A stretch of DNA of 64,000 bases from Candidatus Gottesmanbacteria bacterium (GTDB taxonomy: Bacteria > Patescibacteriota > Microgenomatia > UBA10105 > UBA927). The translations under genes and the position numbers were made by a program. The stretch lies in assembly GCA_963714095.1 (NCBI GenBank), contig OY970230.1, forward strand, positions 959,907 to 1,023,906. Direction: 5' to 3'. Shown here piece after piece: positions 1-8,729 of the stretch. The notes beneath the pieces are model-generated. The model did no database searches and was not told the DNA's origin. It worked only from the letters and a program-made list of their open reading frames with translations. The stretch's first letter is position 1. Each line of letters begins with the position of its first letter.

Positions 1-548
1 CAATTATGGACCTCACGGGTTGGTCACGGGAAAAAACGGTCGAGGAATTTCATAAACTCCATAAGGTGACGATACAAAGTGCAACGGCGGTTATTGCCAA
101 ACTCTGTCATATATCAATTCCCGAAGCCGCAGTTGCTTCCGAGAAACGGTTTGACCGGCGAGATTATGTCCATCGAGATGAGAAGCTGATTGCCATGTTT
201 CAACATCTTAAGAATTTCCGTCATTTCATACTTGCAAACGGTGTGAAGCAATATCACATAGAAACCCTTAAAGTATTAGGAATTGCGCCCGAGATATTTG
301 AAGAAATAGTCACCAGTGAAACAATTGGGGTTACCAAACCTGATGATAAGGGGTTCCGCTATATTATGAAAAAAACGGGATTACCGCCCGCGGCGCACCT
401 GATGGTCGGCGACAGGGAACTTGTGGATCTGGCGCCGGCAAAAAAGTTGGGTATGCACACATGTCTTGTATGGAACGAGACTAAGAGTGCGTTTGCGGAT
501 GTCACCCTGCCGACTGTCTACGACGTCGCAACATTATTTTCTGCCTAA
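1..548 (+). CDS. HAD-family hydrolase (nucleotidase-like), probably 5'-truncated by window edge
   Basis: HAD motifs II-IV (LANG, KP, MVGDR..D); motif I DxD absent and frame is open to the window start. Confidence 0.8.
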   Translation, partial: IMDLTGWSREKTVEEFHKLHKVTIQSATAVIAKLCHISIPEAAVASEKRFDRRDYVHRDEKLIAMFQHLKNFRHFILANGVKQYHIETLKVLGIAPEIFEEIVTSETIGVTKPDDKGFRYIMKKTGLPPAAHLMVGDRELVDLAPAKKLGMHTCLVWNETKSAFADVTLPTVYDVATLFSA

Positions 549-559
549 CGATTCATCGT

Positions 560-1036
560 ATGCATATTTCGTATCTAGAACAGGCGATTGCGCGATTGCG
601 CGACGGGGAGTTCGGTCCCGGGGATCCGCGGACAGCGAGTTTGTTTAGTACGTCCGGCGCGGCATTATCATTTGAAAATCGGCGGAAGATTTTAGAGATG
701 GAACTGGGAACGTTGAAGGATATTGAGCGACAAGAAGCGTTGGGTGAAAAACACCGCCGCGAGTTTTGGTCGGATTCGTTGAATCTTGCAGAAAAACTGA
801 ACGGTACGGTTCGTTTTGTTGCCGCATATGCCAATATCCCTCCCGAAAAAATTGCTGATACACTAGCAATTGTACAGGGAGAGGGGGCAACGGTTATTCG
901 GCTCGAAGATTCGTTATACCACTATCTTGAAATAGATATGCCGGGTCAGCCAGTTTATATTGCACCGAAAGCAATATTGCCTGAAACAAAGATACATCTT
1001 CTTAAAACGGTTGCCGGTCTCGGGATCAAGTACTAG
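560..1036 (+). CDS. hypothetical protein
   Basis: 158-aa ORF tightly packed between HAD and kinase genes; no recognisable motif. Confidence 0.65.
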   Translation: MHISYLEQAIARLRDGEFGPGDPRTASLFSTSGAALSFENRRKILEMELGTLKDIERQEALGEKHRREFWSDSLNLAEKLNGTVRFVAAYANIPPEKIADTLAIVQGEGATVIRLEDSLYHYLEIDMPGQPVYIAPKAILPETKIHLLKTVAGLGIKY

Positions 1037-1039
1037 TAT

Positions 1040-1591
1040 GTGCATATGAAACGGGGAAAACTTATCGTTTTTGAAGGCGTGAGCGGGACGGGAAAAGAGA
1101 CGCAGGCAAAAATGCTGCAAGCATTTTTGAAAAAAAAAGGCATAATTTCTCACATCGCATTTCATCCCTCGCCGGAATTGAAAAAAGACTTGAAAATGGC
1201 TACATCTGTGCAGCAGCAGATTGCACTCCTGGCTCGTGACAGACGCAACAGGGTACGGCACCTCATTCTTCCGGCACTGCGCCGCGGGGAATGGGTGATA
1301 AGTCTTCGTAATTATGTGAGCGCGTATGTCTATCAGGGGGACGGGTCGCTATTGCAAGCATTTGATCCGAAACCCGACTGGCTGTTTTATTTTGACATAG
1401 AACCGGAAATTTCAATGAAGAGAATTGTGTCACGGGGCGGTATCCGCGGAACTTATGAGACGATGACATTGTTAGATGAAAAACGAAAAAGATATAAAGA
1501 AGTACTCAAAACCATTCCGCATATTCCGATCGATGCATCGGAGAGCATTCTTTCGCTGCATAACAAAATCGTTTCCTATATACCGTTGTAA
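1040..1591 (+). CDS. thymidylate kinase-like protein (short, divergent)
   Basis: LIVFEGVSGTGKET P-loop, ILPALRRG.WVI, YVYQG, PKPD; DR motif altered to SLRN. Confidence 0.75.
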   Translation: MHMKRGKLIVFEGVSGTGKETQAKMLQAFLKKKGIISHIAFHPSPELKKDLKMATSVQQQIALLARDRRNRVRHLILPALRRGEWVISLRNYVSAYVYQGDGSLLQAFDPKPDWLFYFDIEPEISMKRIVSRGGIRGTYETMTLLDEKRKRYKEVLKTIPHIPIDASESILSLHNKIVSYIPL

Positions 1592-1641
1592 TATTTTTTC
1601 TTCTTGCACTTTATCCGGTTTTTCACTAGGATGATTTTTGT

Positions 1642-2286
1642 ATGAAGCGCGGATATTTTATTGTTTTTGAAGGCGGTGAAGGATCGGGAAAATCCGTTCA
1701 GGTTAAATTGCTTGCGGATTCCCTGCGGGATACGGGGAAGACAGTCGTTGTTACGCGTGAACCGGGCGGGACCCGCATCGGTGAACAAATCCGTGCGATC
1801 ACGCATAACACGGAAAATGTGGATTTGGATCCGGTTGCAGAGGCGTATCTTATGGCAGCATCGCGTGCCCAGCATGTCCGCGAAACGATTGCGCCAGCCC
1901 TTGAGGACGGAAAAATTGTCATTTCCGACCGGTTTGTGGACAGCAGTATTGCCTATCAGGGATACGGCAGAAATTTAGGAGCGAAGGAAATTGTAGCGTT
2001 AAATACATTGGCAGTCGACGGAGTAACACCGGATCTTGTTATTCTTCTGGATGCGCCGCCTACTGTGGGACTCGCGCGGCTGGAAAAAGAAGGCAAACGG
2101 AAAGACCGGATGGATATGCAGCAAAAAGATTTTTATGAACGCGTGCACGCGGGATATTTGGCTCTTGCAAAAAATAATCCGTCGCGGTATCTTGTCGTAG
2201 ATGCGACGAAACCGATTGAAGACGTTGCATTTTCTATTTGGAAAATTGTTACAAACGTTCTGAATAAACGAAATGGCAAAGACTAA
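1642..2286 (+). CDS. tmk: dTMP kinase
   Basis: FEGGEGSGKS, TREPGGT, SDRFVDSSIAYQG. Confidence 0.95.
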   Translation: MKRGYFIVFEGGEGSGKSVQVKLLADSLRDTGKTVVVTREPGGTRIGEQIRAITHNTENVDLDPVAEAYLMAASRAQHVRETIAPALEDGKIVISDRFVDSSIAYQGYGRNLGAKEIVALNTLAVDGVTPDLVILLDAPPTVGLARLEKEGKRKDRMDMQQKDFYERVHAGYLALAKNNPSRYLVVDATKPIEDVAFSIWKIVTNVLNKRNGKD

Positions 2287-2860
2287 CCATCCAGGAAAGG
2301 GTAAGCTCACTGTTATTGCCGGCCCGATGTTTGCAGGCAAAACAACAAAACTCCTTACGCTCTTCAGTGTCCTTTCAAATTTGGGGTACAGCGTTCTCTG
2401 TTTTAAAGCGGAGGCAATGAGCAACGGCGGCATGGGACACACGAAATCTCATGACGAACGCCCGCTTCCGGTAATTTATATCGACATGAAAAAACCGGAA
2501 AAAATTTTGGAGTATGTCGGAGGTCAGGGAATTAAAAAGGTGATTATTGATGCCGTTCATTTTTTCCCGAAAATAGAATTCATCGCCGTTGTACAAAAAT
2601 TACTGACGCAGGGGATTGATGTGTATGTGAACGGACTTATTTATGATTACAGAAAAAAAGAATACGGTGCGACGAAGACTCTGATGAAGATGGCGGACGA
2701 ATGTATCGAGCAATTCAGTATCTGCGTTAAATGCGGAGGGAAAGCTGCCCACACTGAACGCATCGCCGGTCCCGCGCAGTTGTCCATCGGCACGACCGGC
2801 CCGGTTGCCGCAAAATATATAGCCGTCTGTGCCGCCTGCCACAAAATATATAAGGGATGA
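2273..2860 (+). CDS. tdk: thymidine kinase family protein (catalytic motif altered)
   Basis: GPMFAGKTT, SHD, GL..D, two CxxC zinc pairs; DEAQF appears as DAVHF. Confidence 0.8.
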   Translation: MAKTNHPGKGKLTVIAGPMFAGKTTKLLTLFSVLSNLGYSVLCFKAEAMSNGGMGHTKSHDERPLPVIYIDMKKPEKILEYVGGQGIKKVIIDAVHFFPKIEFIAVVQKLLTQGIDVYVNGLIYDYRKKEYGATKTLMKMADECIEQFSICVKCGGKAAHTERIAGPAQLSIGTTGPVAAKYIAVCAACHKIYKG

Positions 2861-3722
2861 TAAATAAAGGACCGGACGGTCAGCAACTTCATTTTGAACA
2901 AAATTTCATTCTTATACCCGGTCCTTTCGGTGCCGGTAAAACACATACAGTTGGTTTGATTAATAATTTCTTTTTCGAGCATAATCTTTGGTACGGTAAA
3001 CCAGTTACGGATGCGGTGTATATAGAAGCTGCGCTTGAAGCAGATCACCGGTTTAACGAAGGCGTCAATCACATGCATGATAATCAGACGCGTCCGGAAA
3101 AACATGAACATTACCCGGGTGAGCCGAATTTACATTTTAGTGTGACAGGTCCGTACATTCCTCATTTTATGCATAAACATTTGTTTGAGGATTTGTCCCG
3201 TGGGTTTTTCGATAATTATTTGTTCCCGGTTGAATGGTCCGGCGGAGGGAATACAAATCCTGAAGGACATCCGGCATCGCACGCGGATTATTCATTTAAG
3301 ACTCAAGTAGAAGGAATGCAAAGCGGTATATATATGAAAGCGATTGGTTATCAAAAGTACTGCTCGTCATTCATCCACTTGTACCTGATGGTGGTGGTAG
3401 AGAGCAATTAAATGGTCGCCGTAAAGGAAGACGCGATCCTACACAAACCGAAATTGAATCAGGTATGGGCAGTTGGTGGATTCCAGATGCTGGCATGAAG
3501 ATAACAGGCCATAATGATTTTCCTGAGGTGATTCCGATTCTAGAAAATATGGGACTGGGAGGAAAAATTCACGTTATTCCTAATGACGGCGGAGAAGGAT
3601 ATGATAGGCAGCTTCGTAGAATTTTAGAAGAGAAAATCGGACCGATGTTGGACAAAGAAGGCCACCCATACTGGCCAGAAGGTAACCCACATACTTCAGC
3701 TCGCGAAAGGGATCGGCGATGA
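2857..3722 (+). pseudogene. P-loop NMP-kinase-like protein split by a frameshift at (TA)4T 3327-3335
   Basis: ORFs 2857..3411 and 3465..3722 join into one protein colinear with paralog 3719..4507 if 2 nt are removed from the TA run. Confidence 0.75.
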
Positions 3723-4507
3723 AAAATATCATTTTAGTCACCGGGCCGATTTCGGACGGGAAGTCATTTTTGATAACAGGTCTACGGGAGGAATTTGCGC
3801 GCCGTGGAATTCCGCAGTCGCTTGAGGTGATATCCGACGGTAAATTTTTACTGGATGCAGTCGCACATGACCATAAATTCCATGAAGGGCGCAATCACAT
3901 GCATGAAGGACAACAAATACCCACAGCACATTACCACGGCGACGGGTGGCAGAATAAATATGATTTTGTTGCAACGGGACGGGAAATACAGACATTTATG
4001 TTTGCCAATTTTTTTCGCCAGCTTGAATGGATTCGGGACTCTGGACAGATCGTTTTTGCAGAACTTGCGGGCGGTGATGGAGTGTATAAAAAAGACAATC
4101 CACTCGCGGCAAATGATTACTCATATGCCCGCATTGTCGATGGGTTGAATTCGGGTGAATTCGCTACGGAATGGGTACCCCGTGTTCTTACCGTTCTTCA
4201 TCCGTCGTCTGAATTTTCCGATCGGATTGCATGGAATAGGAATCGCCTCAGCCATCCGCCAACAGAAGATGAAATTATGGGGGGTCGCGCTTCGTGGGGA
4301 GTGCCTGAAATGGTTATGGGGAATACAGCTTACGATGATTTTCCCGTGTTTCAACATTTTTTGGAATCGCACGGCGTGAATCCATTCAATATCGAAACGA
4401 TTCACAATTCCGGCGGACCAGAATTGTACCAAGGTGCAATTGCTTCGTTGGAACGGCAGGGGATCGGGTTGCCCCCCGAACGACAAACAAGAGGAAAGGA
4501 GTTTTGA
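3719..4507 (+). CDS. uncharacterised P-loop NMP-kinase-like protein with His-rich insert
   Basis: ILVTGPISDGKS Walker A, hhhhE(L)AGG, DHKFHEGRNHMH...HYH insert; ATGA coupling. Confidence 0.75.
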   Translation: MKNIILVTGPISDGKSFLITGLREEFARRGIPQSLEVISDGKFLLDAVAHDHKFHEGRNHMHEGQQIPTAHYHGDGWQNKYDFVATGREIQTFMFANFFRQLEWIRDSGQIVFAELAGGDGVYKKDNPLAANDYSYARIVDGLNSGEFATEWVPRVLTVLHPSSEFSDRIAWNRNRLSHPPTEDEIMGGRASWGVPEMVMGNTAYDDFPVFQHFLESHGVNPFNIETIHNSGGPELYQGAIASLERQGIGLPPERQTRGKEF

Positions 4508-5253
4508 TGAATATAAATACTATAGTTATTGCAGGAGCGCCTGCGTCAGGAAAATCAGTCGGAAAAGATATCATTTCAAATCAATTATCGCGTGATGGAT
4601 TTTATGTTATAGGAATGACAGACAGGATGGAATTAGAACGGGTCGTTGCAAACGAAATGCGCGGACGTGCACCTAATCCGAACGGATCAGTTGAAAGTGA
4701 AAATACAATTCTTCTTAACCCTTCGGCCGATCCAAAATTTTGGGGAATGGAATTTAAAACTGCGTGGGCACTCAATAGAGCGCATGAGGAGATGTTTGCG
4801 ACTATACGGGATTTAAGCCGTGAAAATGATCCGGGCAGGATTATTGTCGCAGAGATTGCATACGGCGAAGATGCTCCGTATCCCAGGGGTCCGCTTCGGC
4901 AATCGGCCGGGGAGTTTGTTGCCGCGTTTGTGAAACAGGGAATTTTACATCGTATGTTACTGTTGGATATACAGGCCTCTCATGAAACGCGTCGTGATTG
5001 GAATAAAAAGCGTACAGTTGGCCGTATCCCTTCAGAGGAATTTGATTTGTATTTTAAAGACGGAGGAGGATTCGGGAGTCAGGAAATACGGCTCCTCGGG
5101 GAGAGGTATCATTCTATTAAAAATGAAGGGATTACTCCTCGAGAATTCGCCAGTCTGCTGTATGGTGAGTATGATACATTTATTGTACCGGGAATTCGCG
5201 GGGAGGGGCAACGAACGAGCGAGGAATTTTTGAATCCCCGGACACGACGATGA
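4504..5253 (+). CDS. uncharacterised P-loop NMP-kinase-like protein
   Basis: IVIAGAPASGKS, IIVAEIAYG, lid-like R..WN..R. Confidence 0.75.
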   Translation: MMNINTIVIAGAPASGKSVGKDIISNQLSRDGFYVIGMTDRMELERVVANEMRGRAPNPNGSVESENTILLNPSADPKFWGMEFKTAWALNRAHEEMFATIRDLSRENDPGRIIVAEIAYGEDAPYPRGPLRQSAGEFVAAFVKQGILHRMLLLDIQASHETRRDWNKKRTVGRIPSEEFDLYFKDGGGFGSQEIRLLGERYHSIKNEGITPREFASLLYGEYDTFIVPGIRGEGQRTSEEFLNPRTRR

Positions 5254-5840
5254 AAACAACAGTTTATCTAATTCGCCACGGGGCGTATGAAAACCCGAAG
5301 AAAATTTTGCACGCAAGGTTGCCGGGGTTTCCGTTATCCGCAGATGGCAAAAAGATGGCTGAGCGTATCGCGTCGTATTTATCACAAAAACCGATTGTTG
5401 CCGTATACAGCAGCCGTCTCTCTCGGGCCTATCAAACCGCGGAAATTATCGCAAAGAAGCATCATCTGCCGATAGTTACCGATCGCCGTCTTCTGGATAT
5501 CCGCACACCGCTGCAGGGGAAACCGAAGGCATATATTGACAGCATCGACTCGGAGTTTTATACAGAAGATCTTATCCGTGCCGGCGGGGAACGGCTGGAA
5601 GATGTATATACACGCATGGACAGGTTTATCCGTTCAAAAGTTCATTCCCATGCAGGACAATCGATCGTTGTCGTCTCCCACGGTGATCCAATTATGAGTA
5701 TTGCGACAAAATATGAAGGCAAACCCTTGCCGCGAAAATATTCGTTCAGGGAGTGGTATGTGCCGCAAGCGTCGGGATTCAAAATAGAGTTTGATGAAGA
5801 AACACGGAAAAAGAAGATTACTAAAATTCCGTTACCATGA
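5250..5840 (+). CDS. histidine phosphatase family protein
   Basis: LIRHG, S...RA.QTA, VSHG. Confidence 0.92.
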   Translation: MKTTVYLIRHGAYENPKKILHARLPGFPLSADGKKMAERIASYLSQKPIVAVYSSRLSRAYQTAEIIAKKHHLPIVTDRRLLDIRTPLQGKPKAYIDSIDSEFYTEDLIRAGGERLEDVYTRMDRFIRSKVHSHAGQSIVVVSHGDPIMSIATKYEGKPLPRKYSFREWYVPQASGFKIEFDEETRKKKITKIPLP

Positions 5841-6433
5841 AACAGACGACAGTGTACCTTATCCGCCACGGAGCATACGAAAATCCCAAACACGTAAACC
5901 CCGGCCGACTCCCCGGATTTCCGTTATCCGCTGAGGGGAAAAAACAAGCGTCCGTTTTGGCAGAATTATTTTCAAAAATACCTGTCAGCTCGATCTATGC
6001 AAGCCCGATCACGCGAACACTGGAAACTGCCACGATTATCGCGCAGAAACTTAATCTTTTGGTTGTGAGGGATGACCGTCTTTTGGAAGTACGGTCGCCG
6101 TTTAATGGAGCTCCGGTTGAGGTGGTAGATGCGCTTGCATATGCCGGTGAAATGTATACACCCAAATATTTTAAGCAGGGATTAGAACATATACCTCAAT
6201 TCTTCCGGCGTATGGATGACTGCTTGAAAGATATTGTTCAACGGGAGCAGGGGAAGCAGGTTGTTGTTGTATCCCACGGAGATCCGATGATGTCCGTGTG
6301 GTTCAGATATAACGGCCTTGACTGGTCGAAAGGGTTTGCACTTGGTAATTGGTTTGTCCCGATGGGAACCGGTTTTACAATAGTATTTGATACCAAAGGA
6401 AAGCCTCTACGTTTCACCAAATTTCCCGCTTGA
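5837..6433 (+). CDS. histidine phosphatase family protein (tandem paralog)
   Basis: LIRHG, SP..RT.ETA, VSHG; N-terminus nearly identical to upstream paralog. Confidence 0.92.
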   Translation: MKQTTVYLIRHGAYENPKHVNPGRLPGFPLSAEGKKQASVLAELFSKIPVSSIYASPITRTLETATIIAQKLNLLVVRDDRLLEVRSPFNGAPVEVVDALAYAGEMYTPKYFKQGLEHIPQFFRRMDDCLKDIVQREQGKQVVVVSHGDPMMSVWFRYNGLDWSKGFALGNWFVPMGTGFTIVFDTKGKPLRFTKFPA

Positions 6434-6458
6434 CACCGGTACTTTGTACCAGTAGACT
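6430..6458 (+). promoter_or_regulatory. sigma70-type promoter
   Basis: TTGACA-17nt-TAGACT; spacer contains GGTAC-ttt-GTACC inverted repeat. Confidence 0.65.
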
Positions 6459-6594
6459 GAAAAAAAGCGCAGTCAGATATAAATCTCAAGCGCCTTTTTC
6501 TTTTTTTCTCACGTAACGCCATCCGTCAGCTGACGGACGTAGGTCACCAAATGAAAAAACAGAAGCAGAAATATCGTAATAGTTTTATTTTTCC

Positions 6595-6617
6595 AAAGCC
6601 CCCTTGCGGGGTTTTTT
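6595..6617 (+). terminator. intrinsic terminator upstream of Maf-like gene
   Basis: AAAGCCCC-cttgc-GGGGTTTTTT. Confidence 0.55.
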
Positions 6618-6624
6618 GCGTTTT

Positions 6625-7476
6625 ATGGGGTTAGAGTCACAATATTATTTTCAGATCGTCACATCCAATCGTCAGCGTGCACTCGCAATTCAACAGGCGT
6701 TACCCGGCGGGAGGAGCGTTCATTTTTCCTTCAGTCCGGTGAACGAGGATTTGGCAAAGGGGATAGAGAGTGGCGACCATGTTTCTATTCCTGACGCACT
6801 CTCACACGTACAACACGTTGCAGAATATAAAGGTCAAAGGGATTTTGTTACCGTAGGAAACACAGAAGGAGCACTGGATCAACTTCTCTATATCGGAAAA
6901 CCACGGGAAGATGCGCAGGGGTTTCCTTATTTAGCACGCGTGACGATTGATTCCAGTCAATTAGTGTTTGAAGATCCTCATATTGTCCGTTTATTGCAGA
7001 AACCACTTGGGAGCGAATTATTACATCTGCCCGACAAATTGTCCGGCAGACGAACTGCGATTATTACCGCTATCACTCGGATTGTTGCTCCGCTTGAGGA
7101 ATCACTTGCGACTTCTAAACAGGATCTCATAGCTCATATGTCTACTGTGATCGTTATGACGAGTTATACGTTGCAGTCATTTACAAGACAACAATATAAA
7201 GATTTTGTGTTTGAGGTGGGCGGGCCCGAACGTATTCGAAATGTCGCCGGCGGATTGCCGTTTGCTGATAATCCATTTGTAGATACCAGAGAACCCTATG
7301 AGATTCGCATGGTCAATCCTCATAGTTACGGTGAACAGGTACTAGATAGGGGATGGAATTGGGAAGAATTGAATCGGAGTCAATGTGTGCACGGTGCATT
7401 TCCGGATGCATTGCAAAGTCTTTTAGTAGAACCGGGAGTTCCCCTCGCGCGTTCCGGTGATATATTTAAACGATGA
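6625..7476 (+). CDS. divergent Maf/ITPase-like nucleotide pyrophosphatase
   Basis: IVTSNRQR (cf. LAS.SPRR), AEYK, IDS (cf. ADT), LQKP, LSGR..I.TAI, AGG; ATG 6625 chosen over TTG 6604. Confidence 0.55.
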   Translation: MGLESQYYFQIVTSNRQRALAIQQALPGGRSVHFSFSPVNEDLAKGIESGDHVSIPDALSHVQHVAEYKGQRDFVTVGNTEGALDQLLYIGKPREDAQGFPYLARVTIDSSQLVFEDPHIVRLLQKPLGSELLHLPDKLSGRRTAIITAITRIVAPLEESLATSKQDLIAHMSTVIVMTSYTLQSFTRQQYKDFVFEVGGPERIRNVAGGLPFADNPFVDTREPYEIRMVNPHSYGEQVLDRGWNWEELNRSQCVHGAFPDALQSLLVEPGVPLARSGDIFKR

Positions 7477-7499
7477 TGTTTTAGATCATCCCGACCGTC

Positions 7500-8270
7500 C
7501 TACTTCGTCTCATGTGAATCGGCGAGGTATGTAAAGAGTTTTTTAGTTGCCTCAGTTGCCTCAATTGGTCCGCCTTTTTGAGGAGGATTGAGGATGAGGA
7601 AATCCGCAACACTTCCGGCTTTCTTTATTTCTTTAGCGGCATTATGGATGCGCCATGCTGCTTCGTCTGGATTCCGTTGTTCAATTATTCTTTGAGCTAA
7701 ATCAACGAACGGCATTTGTGGCAAAATAAAAGCGACATGACTTTGAACTTCCGGGTGATTTTTTGCCAGCCATTTTATAATTTTAGGTAGTCCATTTTCT
7801 TCACCGCGCCAGACGACAATTTTGCTTCCACTGCGTAGTGACTTTTCCATTTCTTCTACTGTTGTTCCAAAAAGTCCGGCTTTTTCCGGCTGAAATTCGA
7901 TAAATGCCCCCTGTTGTTTGAGATCGGAAAATTGTTGTCCACTGACAAAACGGTGCTTTTCTCGTACCGCAGTATGTATTCGTTCTTCTCTGGTAGTGTG
8001 CGTAATAATGAGGTTATACATATTAGGAGGAAGACTTTGAAGTACAGTATCTTTTCCTGATGCAGAAGGCCCCATAAATGCGATGAGGTGTTGTTCATTT
8101 AATGGCGCAATATTCTTTATTCCCCAAATAAGTGGATGTATATGTGCGAGTTGGTGAAATTCCATGAAATCAGGATTGACCGTTGATAACATCTCCGGAC
8201 CCATTGGCATTTCAGCCGGGAAAGGAAGCTGTTTTAGTATGTCGCTGGCTAGTTCTGCACGCACGGTCAT
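7500..8270 (-). CDS. guanylate kinase-like protein with N-terminal extension
   Basis: GPSASGKDT, THTTR..R, FVS..QF, FIE, FGT. Confidence 0.75.
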   Translation of the reverse strand: MTVRAELASDILKQLPFPAEMPMGPEMLSTVNPDFMEFHQLAHIHPLIWGIKNIAPLNEQHLIAFMGPSASGKDTVLQSLPPNMYNLIITHTTREERIHTAVREKHRFVSGQQFSDLKQQGAFIEFQPEKAGLFGTTVEEMEKSLRSGSKIVVWRGEENGLPKIIKWLAKNHPEVQSHVAFILPQMPFVDLAQRIIEQRNPDEAAWRIHNAAKEIKKAGSVADFLILNPPQKGGPIEATEATKKLFTYLADSHETK

Positions 8271-8352
8271 AAGAAGGGAATTATATCATTTTTAGCCTAT
8301 AATATCAATATTTCTTAAAAATAGCATAACTTGGTATAATGTGAATCTTCTT

Positions 8353-8712
8353 ATGAAGAATAAAATAGAAGAAAACAGGATTCCGGATTATGAAGGCGGC
8401 CCGATATTACGTAAATATTTTGGGAACGGTGAACTGGGTGAATATTGTTTTCAACTAATTACGATACATCACATTGCATGTGATACCCTTGTGGGTCCCA
8501 ATGGAGAGTCTTGCGGAAAGCCTGCAATAGGCACGACGGAATATGATCTTGCAGGAGAGCTTATGATAAAGGGTCATTGTAGTATGGCACATCACAACGC
8601 AATAAAAACAGCTGTAGAGCAAGAATTGAAGGATCAAGGTGAAGGTCGAATGACTGCTTTTGGTATCAATGGATGGGGTAGAAGTTCTGGGAACTTGTTA
8701 TTCAGAAAATAA
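8353..8712 (+). CDS. hypothetical protein, possible zinc-binding (C-x10-C...C-x2-H)
   Basis: ORF after TGGTATAAT; ACD...SCGKPA...HCSMAHH. Confidence 0.55.
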   Translation: MKNKIEENRIPDYEGGPILRKYFGNGELGEYCFQLITIHHIACDTLVGPNGESCGKPAIGTTEYDLAGELMIKGHCSMAHHNAIKTAVEQELKDQGEGRMTAFGINGWGRSSGNLLFRK

Positions 8713-8729
8713 TTCCGTATGATAACCCC

